A stretch of 64,000 nucleotides of DNA from Podarcis cretensis (Eukaryota): the NCBI GenBank assembly GCA_951804945.1, contig OX638166.1:38440001-38504000 (forward strand), written 5' to 3'. A model generated the notes under the pieces. The model searched no databases, was not told where the DNA came from, and saw only the letters and a program-made list of their open reading frames with translations. The translations under genes were made by a program, and so were the position numbers. How positions within the stretch are numbered: the first letter of the stretch is position 1; each line of letters starts with the position of its first letter. Shown here piece after piece: positions 37,003 to 50,758 of the stretch.

Positions 37003-38747
37003 CTTTAGAAGGACAAAACCCCTGTTAACTGCAGAGAGTGTCCCTTCTAAAACTTGCAATTCAAGATGGGATAGTTCTCAAAATTATGACTTTAAAAACC
37101 AGGGTTGCTGGCTTTAGAGAAGGGGTGTGTAACTTAGGCCAGGGGGCAAATTTGGCCTTCCTATTCAGCCCATGGGGCTCTCCACAGGTCACACCCCTTT
37201 CCACCTCAATGGTGCCTTCCTTGACTGCTTTTGCTTGGCTGGATTATGTCCTTGGAATTGTGATAATGCCTATTGCTTGCCTGGAAGGAGAGAGGTGTGA
37301 ACACATGTGTGCAGAAACCTCTGCTTTTTGCCTGGCTGGAATGCAGCCTACTGTAAGAATCGCATCTGTTGCTCTGCCCATTTTTGCCTCTCACTTCCCT
37401 GCCTCCTCTCTTTGCCCACACCCACCATATGGCACCGGGAAGATTGCTCACGAGGAAATGCCTTGAGCTGAAAGGTTTCCCACCTCTGCTTCAGAAACAG
37501 CTCAGAAAAACAAGCCCAACATATTTGCAGCAGAACAAGCTTTTAGGCTATAATAAAATAAATTCCATAGTATTTTTTATAAAGGAGTGTAATGTATATG
37601 ATTATATAAATATAACAAGCTCAAGGTGATGTATGTGTCCTATGAGGGCAGTCACTATTGTAATTCCGTATTCATCTTGAACACTCCTATGCCACTTTTT
37701 ACAAAAGCCTCATAATACTTTTCATAAATATAGAAAGACAGTAAAGTTGTGAAAACAGCAGGAAAAAAGTGAGCACAAGATAAAATTACCAGTCAAGACA
37801 AAACAAAAACATTGGGGCAACTAAAACCTTCAGTCAATTAACAAAGTCTTCACCTGGCACAGTAAGACTGTATTTTTTTAATAATAAAAAATAAGACAAC
37901 TGCATGACCACAATAACTGTGAGCACACTTCATTCCACACATTATTTCTTATCTCTGTTTAAACCTGATCTGATCCATGCACTGCTCTCCCCCATGAAGT
38001 ATGCATGGGTCTTTCATTAATGATTTTAAAGGAACATTAAAGGTATGTTTTTTTAAATCAATCTATAACATTTTATTTTAGTGATATTTTACTGCTATTT
38101 TTTTAAAGTGTAATGTAGATTTTAAATTATTCCTTTATGTTTTATACAACTGTCTTTGCATACTGCTTTGTGAGGGAACGTGCCTTGAAAAACAGATTTT
38201 TAAAAAAGAAAAGAAATAAACCTGATTTCTGGTTAGAAAAGTATAGTGCTTTTTCAGTGCTTACTGTGAAGGTACTTTCTTGTTTGGGGTAAACAATGCA
38301 CCCTTCTATGAGGCAGGGAGCACGTGACTAACTTTGTTGCTGCATTGGATGCTGATTATTATTATTATTATTATTATTATTACCCTACCTTTCCCCTAAT
38401 GGGACTCAAGGTGGCTTACATATAAAAACAAGACTCACTAAAACCATAGAAAAAACTATCATTAAAATAAAAAACAAACATCATAAGAAATAAAATTATA
38501 TTCATATCATATATAATCTATTAAAATGATGCTTGCTCCAGTTGCATCCCATGGCCAAGTTGAGACAGAGTCAAAGAAGGAAAAGGCAAAACACAGGAAG
38601 AGAGAGGTAAGAGATGACTCAGCACAGACTGGAGGTAACTGCAGATGAATGTGTGTGCCAAGACACACTGGTCAACAGGAGCTCCATGTTCCTTTCTCAA
38701 CCTGAAGAGGCATCCAACAGGAATGGGATATGCCTAAGCTACTCTGA

Positions 38748-39117
38748 GGGACGCGGGTGGCACTGTGGTCCAAACCACTGAGCCTCCTGGGCTTGCTGAT
38801 CAGAAGGTCGGCGGTTCGAATCCCCACAACAGGGTGAGCTCCCGTTGTTCGGTCCCAGCTCCTGCCAACCTAGCAGTTCAAAAGCACACCAAAAAATGTG
38901 CTTCCCGCTCCGGTGGGAAGGTAAATGGTGTTTCCATATGCTGCTCTGGTTTCAGTGTTCCCTTGCGCCAGAAGCGGCTTAGTCATGCTGGCCACATGAC
39001 CCGGAAAAACTGTCTGCAGACAAACAGCAGCTCCCCTGGCCAGTAAAGCGAGATGAGAGCCGCAACCCCAGAGTTGTCTGCGACTGGACTTAACTGTCAG
39101 GGGTCCTTTACCTTTTC
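38748..39117 (+). mobile_element. Sauria SINE, variant subfamily
   Basis: GGGACGCGGGTGG head, TSD aagctactctga at 38736-38747 and 39118-39129. Confidence 0.9.
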
Positions 39118-40110
39118 AAGCTACTCTGATTCTAGGGAGGGAATTTAAGATAAACCAGTGGGAGTAACAATGATGAAGAATATGCTGGAACATGCTGTCA
39201 AATGTCACCTCTACGGAGGCAAAGGGAAAGGGAGGAGGAGGCTCCCACATGACCACTTACATGCCATCAGCAACTGAAGGGGCAAGCATGGCTGCTGATG
39301 TTGCTGGTGCTGCTCTTGTGGAGTGTGTGCCATGACATTTTTGTGATGTAGGGAGGTGCTGAGCCAGATAGGTCAAGACCATGGAGGCTTTAGGCCATCT
39401 CACTAATATGGTGGGTGAAGTCTTTTTCCCCTAGGGACCTGGGGATTAAAGAATACAAATGGGGAGTCTGTTTGATGGAAGGCTTGAGTGCGTCTGGGAC
39501 AAGTCTTTAGAACCCTGTAGACTAAGCCTGTGACAGGGGATAGGGAGGCTGGGGCAAAAGAAGGGCAAGATCAGTTGTTCTGTTTGGTGGAAAGCAGAGT
39601 TCGTTTTTGGAAAGAAGGCTGTGGCACAGATTTATTCTACCCTCGTGAAAAGGTCACAAGATGTGCCAGGGCTCCCAGCTCTGAAACCTCATGGACTAAG
39701 ATTATGGCCACTAGGAAGGACACACTTTGGGATAACAATGATAAAAATGTGGTGGTCTGGAGGACTGCCTTTCAACTCAAGGAACTTGTGTGCTCCTGTG
39801 GCCATGAAGAAACAGGCCTCTGAGAAATCAGTGCTTGTGTGGATGTTTGCCAGGGTTCTGACGTTCTTCCCAGAGAGTCTGGATGACAGGGGTGAGGTCT
39901 GTCATTGCTGGGAGGAAAATTAGCCTTTCCACTCTGTCCCTAAGCAATAAAGTGGGTGTTCCACTGTGTTACTAAGCAGTAAAGTCTTCCGGACAGGTCA
40001 GATGGTTTTGGGGGAGCTTATCTATGGAGCTGTAGTTCTGTAAAGGCCAGAGTAACTAGGAAGTGTAGATGAGCCCTGTCTTGGGGTGAAGAGCTGAGAA
40101 AAGGCTATCT

Positions 40111-40376
40111 TAGGGATGCCATATGTCCAGAATACTGTGGGCAAAAGCAGTGTCTGGACAGAAATTGGCAAGATGTCCCAGAAAATCCGGACATATGGCA
40201 AGCCATGTCAGAAGTGCCGTTTTTGCCAATTTTCATAAATAATTATTCAAAATAGCTCAAAAATGGCAATTATTTTTGCTGTTTTGCAAGAAAAGCTCAA
40301 CAACTCTGATGCCCACCCCCAAGAAGCTCAACAACTTTTTGTCTGGATGTTCACTTTTTGAAATATGGCAACCCTA
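40111..40376. mobile_element. hAT-type MITE
   Basis: TIR TAGGGATGCCATA / TATGGCAACCCTA; 8-bp flanks ggctatct/ggctatat. Confidence 0.8.
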
Positions 40377-41874
40377 GGCTATATATGTAAGCCCTGAAGC
40401 AGGAGGTGGTATCTACTGAAATATCCACCAGCATGTCAGTGCACTTGTACCTAGCTTTACCTACTCTTCTCTCCCTGTGTGTACCCTGCGCGCTTCCCAA
40501 ATCAGCTCCAGGGGATTGAAAGAAACCCCATAACAGATTTAGGAGGTCCAGGGCATGCAGGGAGAGAAGTTTCATTGTGCAGTCAAAAGTCCTTACACTG
40601 ACAGAAGTTGAGAACCGAGCTATTTGTAGCCAAGGCCACCTAACCACCAGAACTGTTGTCTTGCTTTTTGTAGCTGGTGCCAGGGCTGTCTGATGGAGGA
40701 ATTGTGAGGTCTAGTGGAGAAATGGGAACTAGACTACACTAGCTTAGGAATTCTATACAGCCTTGGTCAAAGGAGGTCCTATTGGGCTGAAAAGAGTAAG
40801 GTTGCTTCCTTTTCGTATGTGTGCCAAGGGTCTCTTTTTTATCTTTTTTATCTACAAGGTGCACTTTGAGCAGCTCTTGACTAAATAGACAAGTCCCTCT
40901 GAAGTGGGCTGCTCACTGATTTGACCAGGAAGCTCAAGACCTTCTAGCTACTGTGAATGCTACAATGATCCTTGAAGAAGGCTAAACAGCACCTAGGTTG
41001 ACATTGGAATGAATGCTGATTCCGTAGTAAGTCTGACCAATACCCTCTGATGGGTATTGTTGTCTCGATCCTTATTTTGCAGTCTATCCTCCAGCCAAAG
41101 AATCGTAGCTATAGCAGAATTTAAAGAGGTAAAGACAGCAGCCAGGACAGGAGCCTCATGGGACTTTTTAAAGAAACGTGGTCTGCCTTCTTTCCACTTT
41201 TTTCTCAGGAAAATGTGTCATTGTGCCTAGGGGGGATTGAGTCCAATAAAAGGACTTCCACTGCAGCAACCACAACTGAGACTTTTAACTGTTCCATTGC
41301 CTGAGGGGAAACAGTATACAATCCTCTGAGCTAGTCTGGTGGCTTTTTGTTTGGTTGGCTTGGTGTTCATTTCAACTAATTTTTTTTTTTTTTTACAAAG
41401 CGGATGGAAAGGGTACTTCTTTGGAGACTGATCTGGTCTCCAAGGAGACAAACGCTGCCTGGGATGTCGGCTGAGCTGGCTCAGGAGGTGACAGTTGCAA
41501 ATCTACAGGTGATTTAGCTCTTGCTAATAAAGGTCTCAGTGGGAGGCTCCGTAGTAGCTGCAGTGGGCTTCTTTTTAATTGTTTCTTCCTTAACTAGCCT
41601 AATATGTTGCATTTTTTTTTCTTTCTTTCTTGCTGGCTTTCTGCCCACCTGAAGGAGCGATAAAGGATGAAGGGAAAGTCAATAAAAAGAGATTGATAAA
41701 GATTTTTTTAAAAGAAGGAGGAGGAGGAGGAGGAGGAGGAAGTGGGTAGCACAGGGACATCTGTTTGGGAGGAGCACAAAGAAGGGAACAATGAAGCAAT
41801 GGGTGAAGGCAGGGAATCAACTGGGGAGGAGTCAGGAGCATTGGATGCCGTAAGGAAGTTTGTCATATGTTACA

Positions 41875-42070
41875 CATAAGAAAAACCCTACTGGATCAGG
41901 ACCAAAGGCATCCTGTTCCAGCATCTTGTTCTCACAGTAGCTAATGAGATGCCGATGGGAAGTCCACAAGTAGAACATGAGTGCAACAGCACTTTTACTC
42001 TTGTGTTCCCCAGCAACTGGTATTTTTGGTCCCTTCCAACTCTGCCATTCTGTGATTCTATTATTCTATG
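41875..42070. mobile_element. CR1-like 3' end fragments
   Basis: ctggatcag..ccaaagg..cat..gtccagcatc..ttctcacagt motif shared with 7805-7860 and 62030-62170; ATTCTATG-type tail. Confidence 0.55.
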
Positions 42071-42351
42071 ACCATGCTTTCTGTACTAGACAGGAGTTGC
42101 TATGCCAAGGGATAGAGAATGACTTCTTGCCTTCAAGGGAAGGGAATTCTTCCTCACAAAGAGATTTCTGATCTTCAGCAGCATTAAAGACTTAAACCTG
42201 GAAACTTCCACTCTGAAACTCTGAGCCATTCTTACTTGAGACACAAAGCCTGAACTCAGTGCTGGCTACAGTTCCGAAACTGTACGGATGCTACACTTTA
42301 CCACAAACAAGTCAAAATTGAGTCAGGCTTTCTACAGCATCACATGTTCAC

Positions 42352-42486
42352 CTGTTATCTGACACCCCGGGGCAGCTGTAGTTGACTGTAGAAGAGTGCA
42401 AGGTGTCTGGGTTTCTCTGTTCCTTATTGTTTGATTGATGCAAAATCTCCAGCGGCCAACAGGGGATGACTGAGGAGCGGATTCAC
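42352..42486 (-). CDS. WNK3: WNK3 exon (135 nt, phase 1 to 1)
   Basis: [25 protein letters not shown] (RFxI motif); acceptor ctttcatcacag, donor G|gtgaac. Confidence 0.88.
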
Positions 42487-43143
42487 CTGTGATGAAAGAA
42501 AGAAGTACAGGAGATGATCATTCCTCTACCATCTTTCAGGTGCATAACAAGTAAACAAAATCAAGATGTGCTTAAACAGGACTATGAGAACATCACTGCT
42601 GCTGTGAGCAGAAGCCTTAGGAACAACAAGGCCTAGCAGTCAGGATTCTGGAATTGGCCTTAAGGCACCAAGGCTGCAATTCTAATAGACTAAAGGAGGA
42701 GTAAACTCAGTTGATCAGAGTGGGATTGTTGCCATGGAGCCATGTGATCTGACTTTCTCCGGTTTCCTTGGATCAGTGTACTTGCACAGAAAAAAATGAA
42801 TGCTGCCGGTGAAGCCATCCTTCCTTGGCTTTGCCCGAGTTCTGCTGCTTTCCCCTTTATTTATAGGGACTGCTAAAGCTTTCCAGACTTTTCATGTTGC
42901 TGACACTTTTTTTTTTTTTTAACATGCACGATTTCACAACGCAGTAATTCAGTTTTACTAGCAAACCAGAAGTTAAACTAACCCCTTTGCAGCCCTGGGA
43001 GGAGCGTGGGGAGCATTTGTGCGACACACCGACACACGGCAGCCGACACACTAACGTGGCATGACACACAGTTTGGAAAGCTCTGCTTTAGAGTCTGCAC
43101 TGTGCCCTGCATGTACCTCCTTTCCCATCCCTGTCTTTACTAA

Positions 43144-43524
43144 AGCCAGTGTGGAAATTAGAATGTCAGACTAGGGTCTGAGAGACCAGGCCTCAAATCC
43201 CCACATGGCCATGAAGATCACTGGGTAACCTTGGGCCAGTCGCTGCCTCTCATCCTAACCTACCTCACAGGGTTGTTGTGGGGGTTAAATGAGGAGGGGG
43301 AGAGCTATGTATGCCATGTTGAGCTCCTTGGAGAAAAGATGGGATATACCATATTTTTCCATCTATAAAACACCCCCATGCATAAGACTATTTTGGGGGA
43401 CTCAGACTTAAGAAAATGTGGGGAGATGGCCCTGTGTATAAAATGCCCCCTAATTTTTGACATGTTTTTAGGGGAAAAAACCTAGTCTTATACTTGGAAA
43501 AATACGGTAAATGCAATAAATAAA
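43144..43524 (+). mobile_element. tRNA/CORE-type SINE (Squam3-like) interrupted by a MITE
   Basis: Core motif present; the tail gggatata|aatgcaataaataaa is split by the 43347-43509 insertion. Confidence 0.75.
43347..43509. mobile_element. Tc1/mariner-pogo type MITE
   Basis: TA-CCATATTTTTCC...GGAAAAATACGG-TA termini. Confidence 0.78.
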
Positions 43525-44113
43525 GTCAGGATCAGGCATGCATTGGTGCACTTGTTGCAGGTTTTTCCATGTCACATTGCTCAGACGACAACAGGAATAT
43601 TCTGTTACACTACTATTTCTCACAAACAGTCCCACCAAATTACCAGAAACTAGCCCATGACTCTAGGCTGCAAGTTAAGAAGCTTAAATCATTTAACAAG
43701 AACATATGAATCAAATATTATCCATAAAATAATAGGGCCATTATCCAGTTTCAGTAGATTTACTTTTAATCCAGTATTTCCTTCTGGCTCAAGAAGAGAG
43801 GACTCTCTAATTTGGACCTGGGTGGCATTGTACATCTCATTTTTATCATAGTGCTTACTCTGCTTATATCATACTGTATTAAAGAACATTTGCTGGTATG
43901 AGACAAAAACCTGTAACACTCTGCCATTAGGAACAGTATCTACATTTATTGCTTGAGCACTGTTTGCTGCCTTGAACACCATTTGGTGGGATACAAATTT
44001 AACAAACAAGTAACTGTAATATGTACCTCTTATTAGTAGTCCAAATAAACATTTATCAATGTGTTCAGCACAATAACTTCAGGCTTACCCAGGGTCTAAA
44101 CATGCTTGATTTA

Positions 44114-44114
44114 A

Positions 44115-44161
<47 letters not shown>
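44114..44161. repeat. (AT)n microsatellite
   Basis: Directly visible. Confidence 0.95.
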
Positions 44162-44168
<7 letters not shown>

Positions 44169-45516
44169 CTTTGAACAGCTGATCCCTATACTATATCACA
44201 GTCTGCTTTTGAAAGGTTCTCCTCAGTTTCAGAATTGCTCCGACATGCGGTAAGGAAGACTCCTCTTTCAGAAACACACCCAAAGTTCCCCTTAATTGCA
44301 CGGAACGATGGTTTGTTGGATCCTGGCCAAAGTGTTCCAGTCCTCCAGGGACACAAAAATATATGTGCACTGGAGCAGGAAGAAATAACAAATCAAGAGC
44401 AGACAGATGCTCAACTAGTGGGTAAAAAACAAACATACCACTGGCATTGTTCTGTTGATACAAAGGTCATACCAAAATCAGAGAAAAAGAGATCATTCAG
44501 TGTTAATGGAACAAAGAGTAGCCAAGCAAAATGTTGGCCTCTTCTGATGTGCTTGAAAAGTAGTCCATCATGGTAATTAACTGCATTCGTATCACATAAA
44601 GGAACACAGTTGACTGTGTGCATTTCACTTTCCACTACGAAAAATCCCATACACAAGAGAGAGCATCTTTCCCTCTTTCAACCATTGCTTCTGTATTTCT
44701 TAAATGGAAACTCAGCCATTTAAATGTGCACGCCACATTTCACATCTGATGACACCACACGTGATATTTGCTACATAAACATAGGGGTATTTTTGTAGTC
44801 AACCTCAAAAAGGAAATTTTGAACTGGCTACATTTCCAGACACTTCAAACCACATCACCAACTGTAAGTTAGGGGTAGACAGAATGACGCCCTCTAGTTA
44901 TTATCCTACTCCAGTCCCATCAGCCCCAGGTAACTTGGCCATGTAGTCCAATGACATCTGGAGGGCACCTAATTGGCTATCCTTCTATAAGTATGAAAGC
45001 TGGCTTGTAACTTCACCTGCTTTAGGATAATGTGAAGAGTCGCTACCAACCACAATGAAGGAATTTGGATTCTAGTTTCCTAAAGGTAAAATCCAGACCT
45101 TTTTCTTTGCTCAGCTACATCAAACCACCCCCAGAATTGATACCAATTTGGCTATACTCATTAAGAACTTGTTTATTATTTATTTTAAATGTATATACTG
45201 CTTAATTGATAGAAGATTTCTAAATGTCATATTTCAGCCTTGAATAATGTCACTCAAAATCTTTAGAATCTTCCCATACAGTTATCAGGACCATTGCAGA
45301 GAATCAATTATATGTGCCAAGATGACTCCACCTAAGACGTGAGCTACCATTAGAAGATTTGAGAGACGAAAGGCAGCCTAACTGACAAGGAACAAATCTG
45401 CTTTAGTTCCTGCCAAAATATCCACTATTTTCATCACTTTCACCTTTAAGGAGGGTGGTTTTGTTTTGTTTTTTTGTTTGACCTTCAATGTTAAATGTTT
45501 TAAAATAGTTACTTAC

Positions 45517-45568
45517 TGCCAGTTTGAGTAGATGCTGGGTTTATCTGAACTTGTTCAGAAGATCCTGT
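45517..45568 (-). CDS. WNK3: WNK3 exon (52 nt, phase 0 to 1)
   Basis: TGSSEQVQINPASTQTG; acceptor ttaattcag, donor A|gtaagt. Confidence 0.88.
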
Positions 45569-45666
45569 CTGAATTAAAAATGAATAGATAAATATAAAAA
45601 GGGAATTTCCCAATACAAGCACACACTTTCCCAGAAAAGTGGTATCACTAAACAAACATAACTTAC

Positions 45667-45816
45667 TTGGGTAAGATCAGAAGGTGTAGACTCTGTGCCA
45701 GTAGTCCGCTCTTCAACTGGAAGACTGCGGATGATGTCCTGGGCCTGGCAAACAATAGCCTTCAGTTCATCAACAAATTTCTCTTTCTCATTTTCCAACA
45801 CAAAGTCATCTTCAAC
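45667..45816 (-). CDS. WNK3: WNK3 exon (150 nt, phase 0 to 0), second CCT-like domain
   Basis: VEDDFVLENEKEKFVDELKAIVCQAQDII; acceptor catgttag, donor CAA|gtaagt. Confidence 0.92.
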
Positions 45817-47629
45817 CTAACATGGGAAGGAAAAAACAGGGTAGAAGATGTAAATGCATCTTCTATCACATTTTATACAATCAGAGAAATCTTAGCTTTC
45901 CAAATGAATAATATTGTTTGGCTGAAGGAAAACTCATATATAGCCAAAACAATTGAAATTGTGCCAGTGTCTATGTAGCAAGAAGCCATCTCAAGTTTCC
46001 CCAGTAATAAGGAAGAAACATACTTATTCTAAAATGGTATCGCTATACTTAAGTATTCCTTTTTCTAAACATATTATTTTGCAAAATTCCAAAATCAGGG
46101 GCCAGAACTAATTATAATCCAGAAGCCAACCACAGGAAGAAAGTTTCCCTCAAAATCTGCTCACAGGTCCGGGCCTCACCCCTAGAAGCACCCAATGGCT
46201 CCCTGGGTGGGGTTTAGCCTCAGTGCATCCAATGGAATCCATTACCTGAGGGATGCCTGCCATCTGCAAAAAGGATAAAGTCTACTCTCACTCCACACCC
46301 CTGCATAGTACTAGAAATCACGACTGTACGTAAGCAGGGGGATCCAAGTCTTCAACAAACACCCCATTCTTACATGGGGTCTCCATCCAAGGAATGATCA
46401 AATCCACACCTACATAGTTCCAGGTGTGCTCCTGCATCAGGTGTCAAACCAGCTTGAAACTACAAGCCCCTGCACCACATCCTCATAGGAGATCAATGTC
46501 CTCCATTCAGTATTTTCTGTAGTATTAATCTAAGGTTTTAATCCTATCATACGTACCTGGAAATGAGTCCCATTAAATCAGGGATGTGGAGTCTGTGACC
46601 CTTCATATGCTGTTGGTTTACAGCTCCCAGTATTCTTGATCACTGGCCATGCTGCCTTGAACTGATGAGATATGGAAGCCACAACTCCATTAGACCCATC
46701 TTGCATGGCCAGTGATAAAGGATCAGCCTTGATGGGATTTGTAATCCACAACACCTTGAGTGGGGCTATACAAACCCCCTACCCCAGTTAAAAGATGTCT
46801 AGGATCAGGCAGCAAATTTTATGTCTAAAGAAGAAATGTGTACTATTGTCAAAGTTTTTGGCCGCTTATTTTTTAAAAAAATTAAATTTTACTGAACAAC
46901 AAAAGCAAACAATACACACGAGAGAAAAACAAACATTAACAACAAAATAATATAAGTTTAATACAAGGAGCTTTTGATGATAGTCAAAGAAAAATTAAAA
47001 ATTCAGAAGTGAATGAAATGGATAAAATTATAAACGAGATATAAAAACACAACTTGTGCAATGAAGGAAATAGGAAAAGGGGAGGAGTGTCTATAAGGAG
47101 GCAAGACCGTCTTCCATTGAATTAAATGAATTTATCCAACCTGCACTCCCCCCCCCCCCACCGATTTTCTAATGTTTAGGGCTAAAACACCATTTTGAAT
47201 CTTATTAACCCAAGGAACAACAGATGGTCCTGCAGGAGTCTGCAGCAAACCTGAAATAATAACTTAGAAGGTTAGTTCAAATGGTTTAAGGATTTTTAAA
47301 ACGTTTGTCTTGAAGTCCTTACATGCGACGTTTCCAAAGGTGACAGTGCCTGGGAGGCTGAGTTTAGTCAAACCTCCAAGCCCAGTTTTCATTGATTCCT
47401 CTAGCAGCCCCATTTTTAGGATCTTGCCCCAAGGCCTCTCAAAGTTAGTTCTCAAAATAATCTGTGCAAGTCAAGGGCATGTCAAGTGGAAGACTAAGGT
47501 TAGACCTCAGGGGTTTCCATATCTTGAGAAATGCTATGAACAAGACACAAGGCTATTGCACATTGTCCCGAGCAACCCAAGCATTTGAACAAAAAATCTC
47601 TAGCGGAAAGCAGGCTCTATGAAACTTGC

Positions 47630-47746
47630 CATGTAGTCAGCAATGTCTTCCGGAGCATCTCCATCAACATCAAATTTAAATGTGACCATCTTGTTGTTAT
47701 GAGTCTCAAGCTGGCACTCCACCGTGTTGTCCCCCGATGTTGACAC
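47630..47746 (-). CDS. WNK3: WNK3 exon (117 nt, phase 0 to 0), second CCT-like domain, GC donor
   Basis: [39 protein letters not shown]; acceptor ttcaatcag, donor ATG|gcaagt. Confidence 0.9.
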
Positions 47747-49094
47747 CTGATTGAAGGGGGGGGATTGAGTAATTAGATAGAGTCAGAACCTGCCTCTTCT
47801 TCTCCAATTCTTAGCAAACAAAGATGACCTCTACCTGACTGGTGTGACACCAATCCTGTAAAATGACAGCACTTGTCCAAAGGCTGAAGTGGCAAAGCAC
47901 CAATAACTAAAAAGGTTTAACACTACATATTATCTTTCGTGTTGTTTTAAATAGATAATTATGTACATATTATATGTTGTCCTATAGCATGATAATGAAT
48001 AGAGAAACGATTCATTTCTGTAGAATCTGGCATCTGTTGAAAATGCCAGCACTTGGTCTTTGGGATTCAGTGACCTCAGTTTCAAATATTCCATCAAAAG
48101 ACTTTATAAGCATTTTCTGGAGGCTTGAAAATATACTTCTTCACCCAAAGACTATATTCAAATTTTTCCCTCCAGTTATGACCTGATTCCAAATACTTGC
48201 CTTCAATAACATTTGGAATGGATTCTAGATCCTGTTCACACATTGTGTTGTTTTAAAAGCAACTGATCTGAACCCATTCCTTTCTGATCTTGTGAAGCTG
48301 CAAGAATAAACTTAAGCTAAAAAGATACACAAAAAACTGTGAAGTCATCTGCTATCTCTGACAGCGGACACACAAACCAGAGTAGAAACATTAATTGTGT
48401 ACAACATTGGATAAATCAATTGTTTTAATCAGTCCATTTTGCAAGTCTCAAAATTCATCCCACAATTTACCATCCACAAAGACTGATTCTAGGCAAATCT
48501 GAGATTATAGAAGTTATAAAAGTGCTCTTCTGCTCAAAGTTGGTGTTAAAAGAACAACTTGCTATTCTGTTTCCCCATATTGAGGTGCCCCCTGAAATAT
48601 GATCTGTGAATATAAGAATTGACTGAGCCAAAGGGCTTCTTCTTAACATATATTAACCAGAAAAACAAATGATTATCTGGAGTCCAAGGGCAGGATTCAA
48701 CTAAGTTGTTGCATGTCCAGAATGAGGAGTCTCCGTACAATGGAAGTTTCCATCCTCTCCTACCCCTGTGCACCCTCCTGCACCATTTAAATCTGCTCTG
48801 GGGGGTTGGGGGGAAACCCAGAAAAGGTTTGGGGTCATTCAGGGTAAGGAGAGGGTGGAAAAGTCTCATTGCATTAGTGGATCTCATTCTCTGGACACAT
48901 ACTCCAATTGAATTCCACACATAGTTGCAGAATTTATAGTCATTAAAGCATTGCTTGCAAATGGGAATTTGTACAACGGTGGTAGTAGAGCCCAGATAAA
49001 CAACCTCAGATATATTTTCCAGACAGATGTTATTCAATTGAATTCTATTCTGGAGCTATGCATGGTTTAGCCTAGATTGTTAAAACATACATAC

Positions 49095-49242
49095 CTGTAG
49101 CACAGTGAGCTGAAATTTGGTTCCCTTCTCTGTTCGGGCACATGAAGCTCTCCGTTGCTTGCTTTTGTCTTGTTTGCCATTTCCACTTGGAAGGTCACAT
49201 CCATTGGCACCTTCCTTCTGAATGGCTACATCAGGGATCGGT
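49095..49242 (-). CDS. WNK3: WNK3 exon (148 nt, phase 2 to 0)
   Basis: [32 protein letters not shown]; acceptor tcttttaag, donor CAG|gtatgt. Confidence 0.92.
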
Positions 49243-50699
49243 CTTAAAAGATAGGAAAAGAGGTGAGCACTCTTAGAAGGAGCACACCGAGACACTTCTG
49301 AGGGGAAGCTCTCTGTAACTTCTGAACATTAATTTAAGTAAATTTTTGTTTTCCTTTTATCAACTAGCCCAAATGAGGGCTTGCATTACCTCACAGCAGC
49401 AAACCTACTCAATATTTGAATAGGGAAATAGATCAAAATAGGGCTGGCAAACACTACTTTTTAAGTGAGTTGAAGGTGGCTAGGTACCATATGCAGACAT
49501 TGCTGTCTATGGTATATGCATTTAGTTTGTCACATTACCATTGATGGTTAAACACTTAAATTCACATGGGTGAAATTCACATGGGTGCCTTGGACAAACC
49601 ACATTTCTCCCAGTCTCAACTACACAGAGAGAGACAGACACACCGCATCTGTAATGGGGAGAATATTAGCTTAGCTTACAGGGCTGTTGATGGTCCTCCT
49701 ATTGTATACATTACCCTATCTGTGGGGCAGCGGGATTTCCCTGACTTCTTTCTAGGCCACTGTGGTCATGTTCAACATCCCAGTGCCACATAGATGGGAC
49801 CAACAATGCCCACCCTTCCATCCGCTGTCTTCTAGGCAATGATCAGGTGAGAAAGGCCCAGATTACTGAACTCAAGGTTACTACAACAAAATGGAAGTAG
49901 CGAAGCCATGGAGAACTGGCTCCCAAACAACTTCGTAGTTGTGTACGAAGTGTCTTCTAAAGTACTGCAAACACTCAGGAAAAGCACTTCACAAACATTT
50001 TCTTACTATTGTTCTCTTTACCTTGTCTTAGTGTTGCTTGGGGTGGTATGCAGAGAAAGTTAATGGATAGATGGCACCTTTGCAGATGTACAGAAGGGGG
50101 GTTGTGGGGAGGACCAGGACTAGTCCTTACCTTAGGGTAATAAGGCACAGGGCTGGACCCTGCAGCAAGTGGGTGGTAACATGACTGGGGAGGAGGGAGA
50201 GATGGATGTAGCAACTGCTTTTCAACTGGTGACCTTAGTCTGTGAGGTGGGGCTAGGGAAGGTGCCATTTAGTTCACATCTCATTTGGCAAAAGGTTTGG
50301 CGCTGGCATTGAGGACTGGCAAATTCTGGGAATCGCAAACCTAAAGTCTTCCAGTGAAATCCATAAGTTAACTTTCTAGCACACTACTGCTTTGATCAGA
50401 AAATTCCTAACAGTTATCCTAAGTATTTACTTCCCTAAATTTAACTGAAGTTCTTAGCAGGGAGAGAATGATGAGAGCTCCTATCTTTGTGTACAATATG
50501 CTTCAATAATGTTTCTTCCTACCACAACTCTGCCAGCTTTCTTCTGGTTGAAGTGAACTCCCCCCTTCCCACCCCTCTGCAAGCCTTGAGCTTGTCTTCT
50601 CTGTATAGAAAATGGAGATGTTCACTAGTTTTGATCTCCATGCACTTAGCATTCCTGCCTTCCACCAGGCCAAAAAAATTAACCTTGGAGCAGACTCAC

Positions 50700-50758
50700 C
50701 CTTGAACAAAATCCTGCTTTTGAACTGACGGCTGTTGTTCTGGTACCAAGATGGAAGC
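50700..50758 (-). CDS. WNK3: WNK3 exon (59 nt, phase 0 to 2)
   Basis: ASILVPEQQPSVQKQDFVQ(G); acceptor tatttctag, donor GG|gtgagt; supplies the required phase change. Confidence 0.82.

Noticed and set aside
44235-44576. 113-aa plus-strand ORF (likewise the ORFs at 28308-29067 and 53002-53887)
   Set aside because: No recognisable homology or exon structure; consistent with chance or repeat-derived frames.
50131-50340. 210-nt candidate exon with acceptor ctttag
   Set aside because: Stop codons in all three frames.
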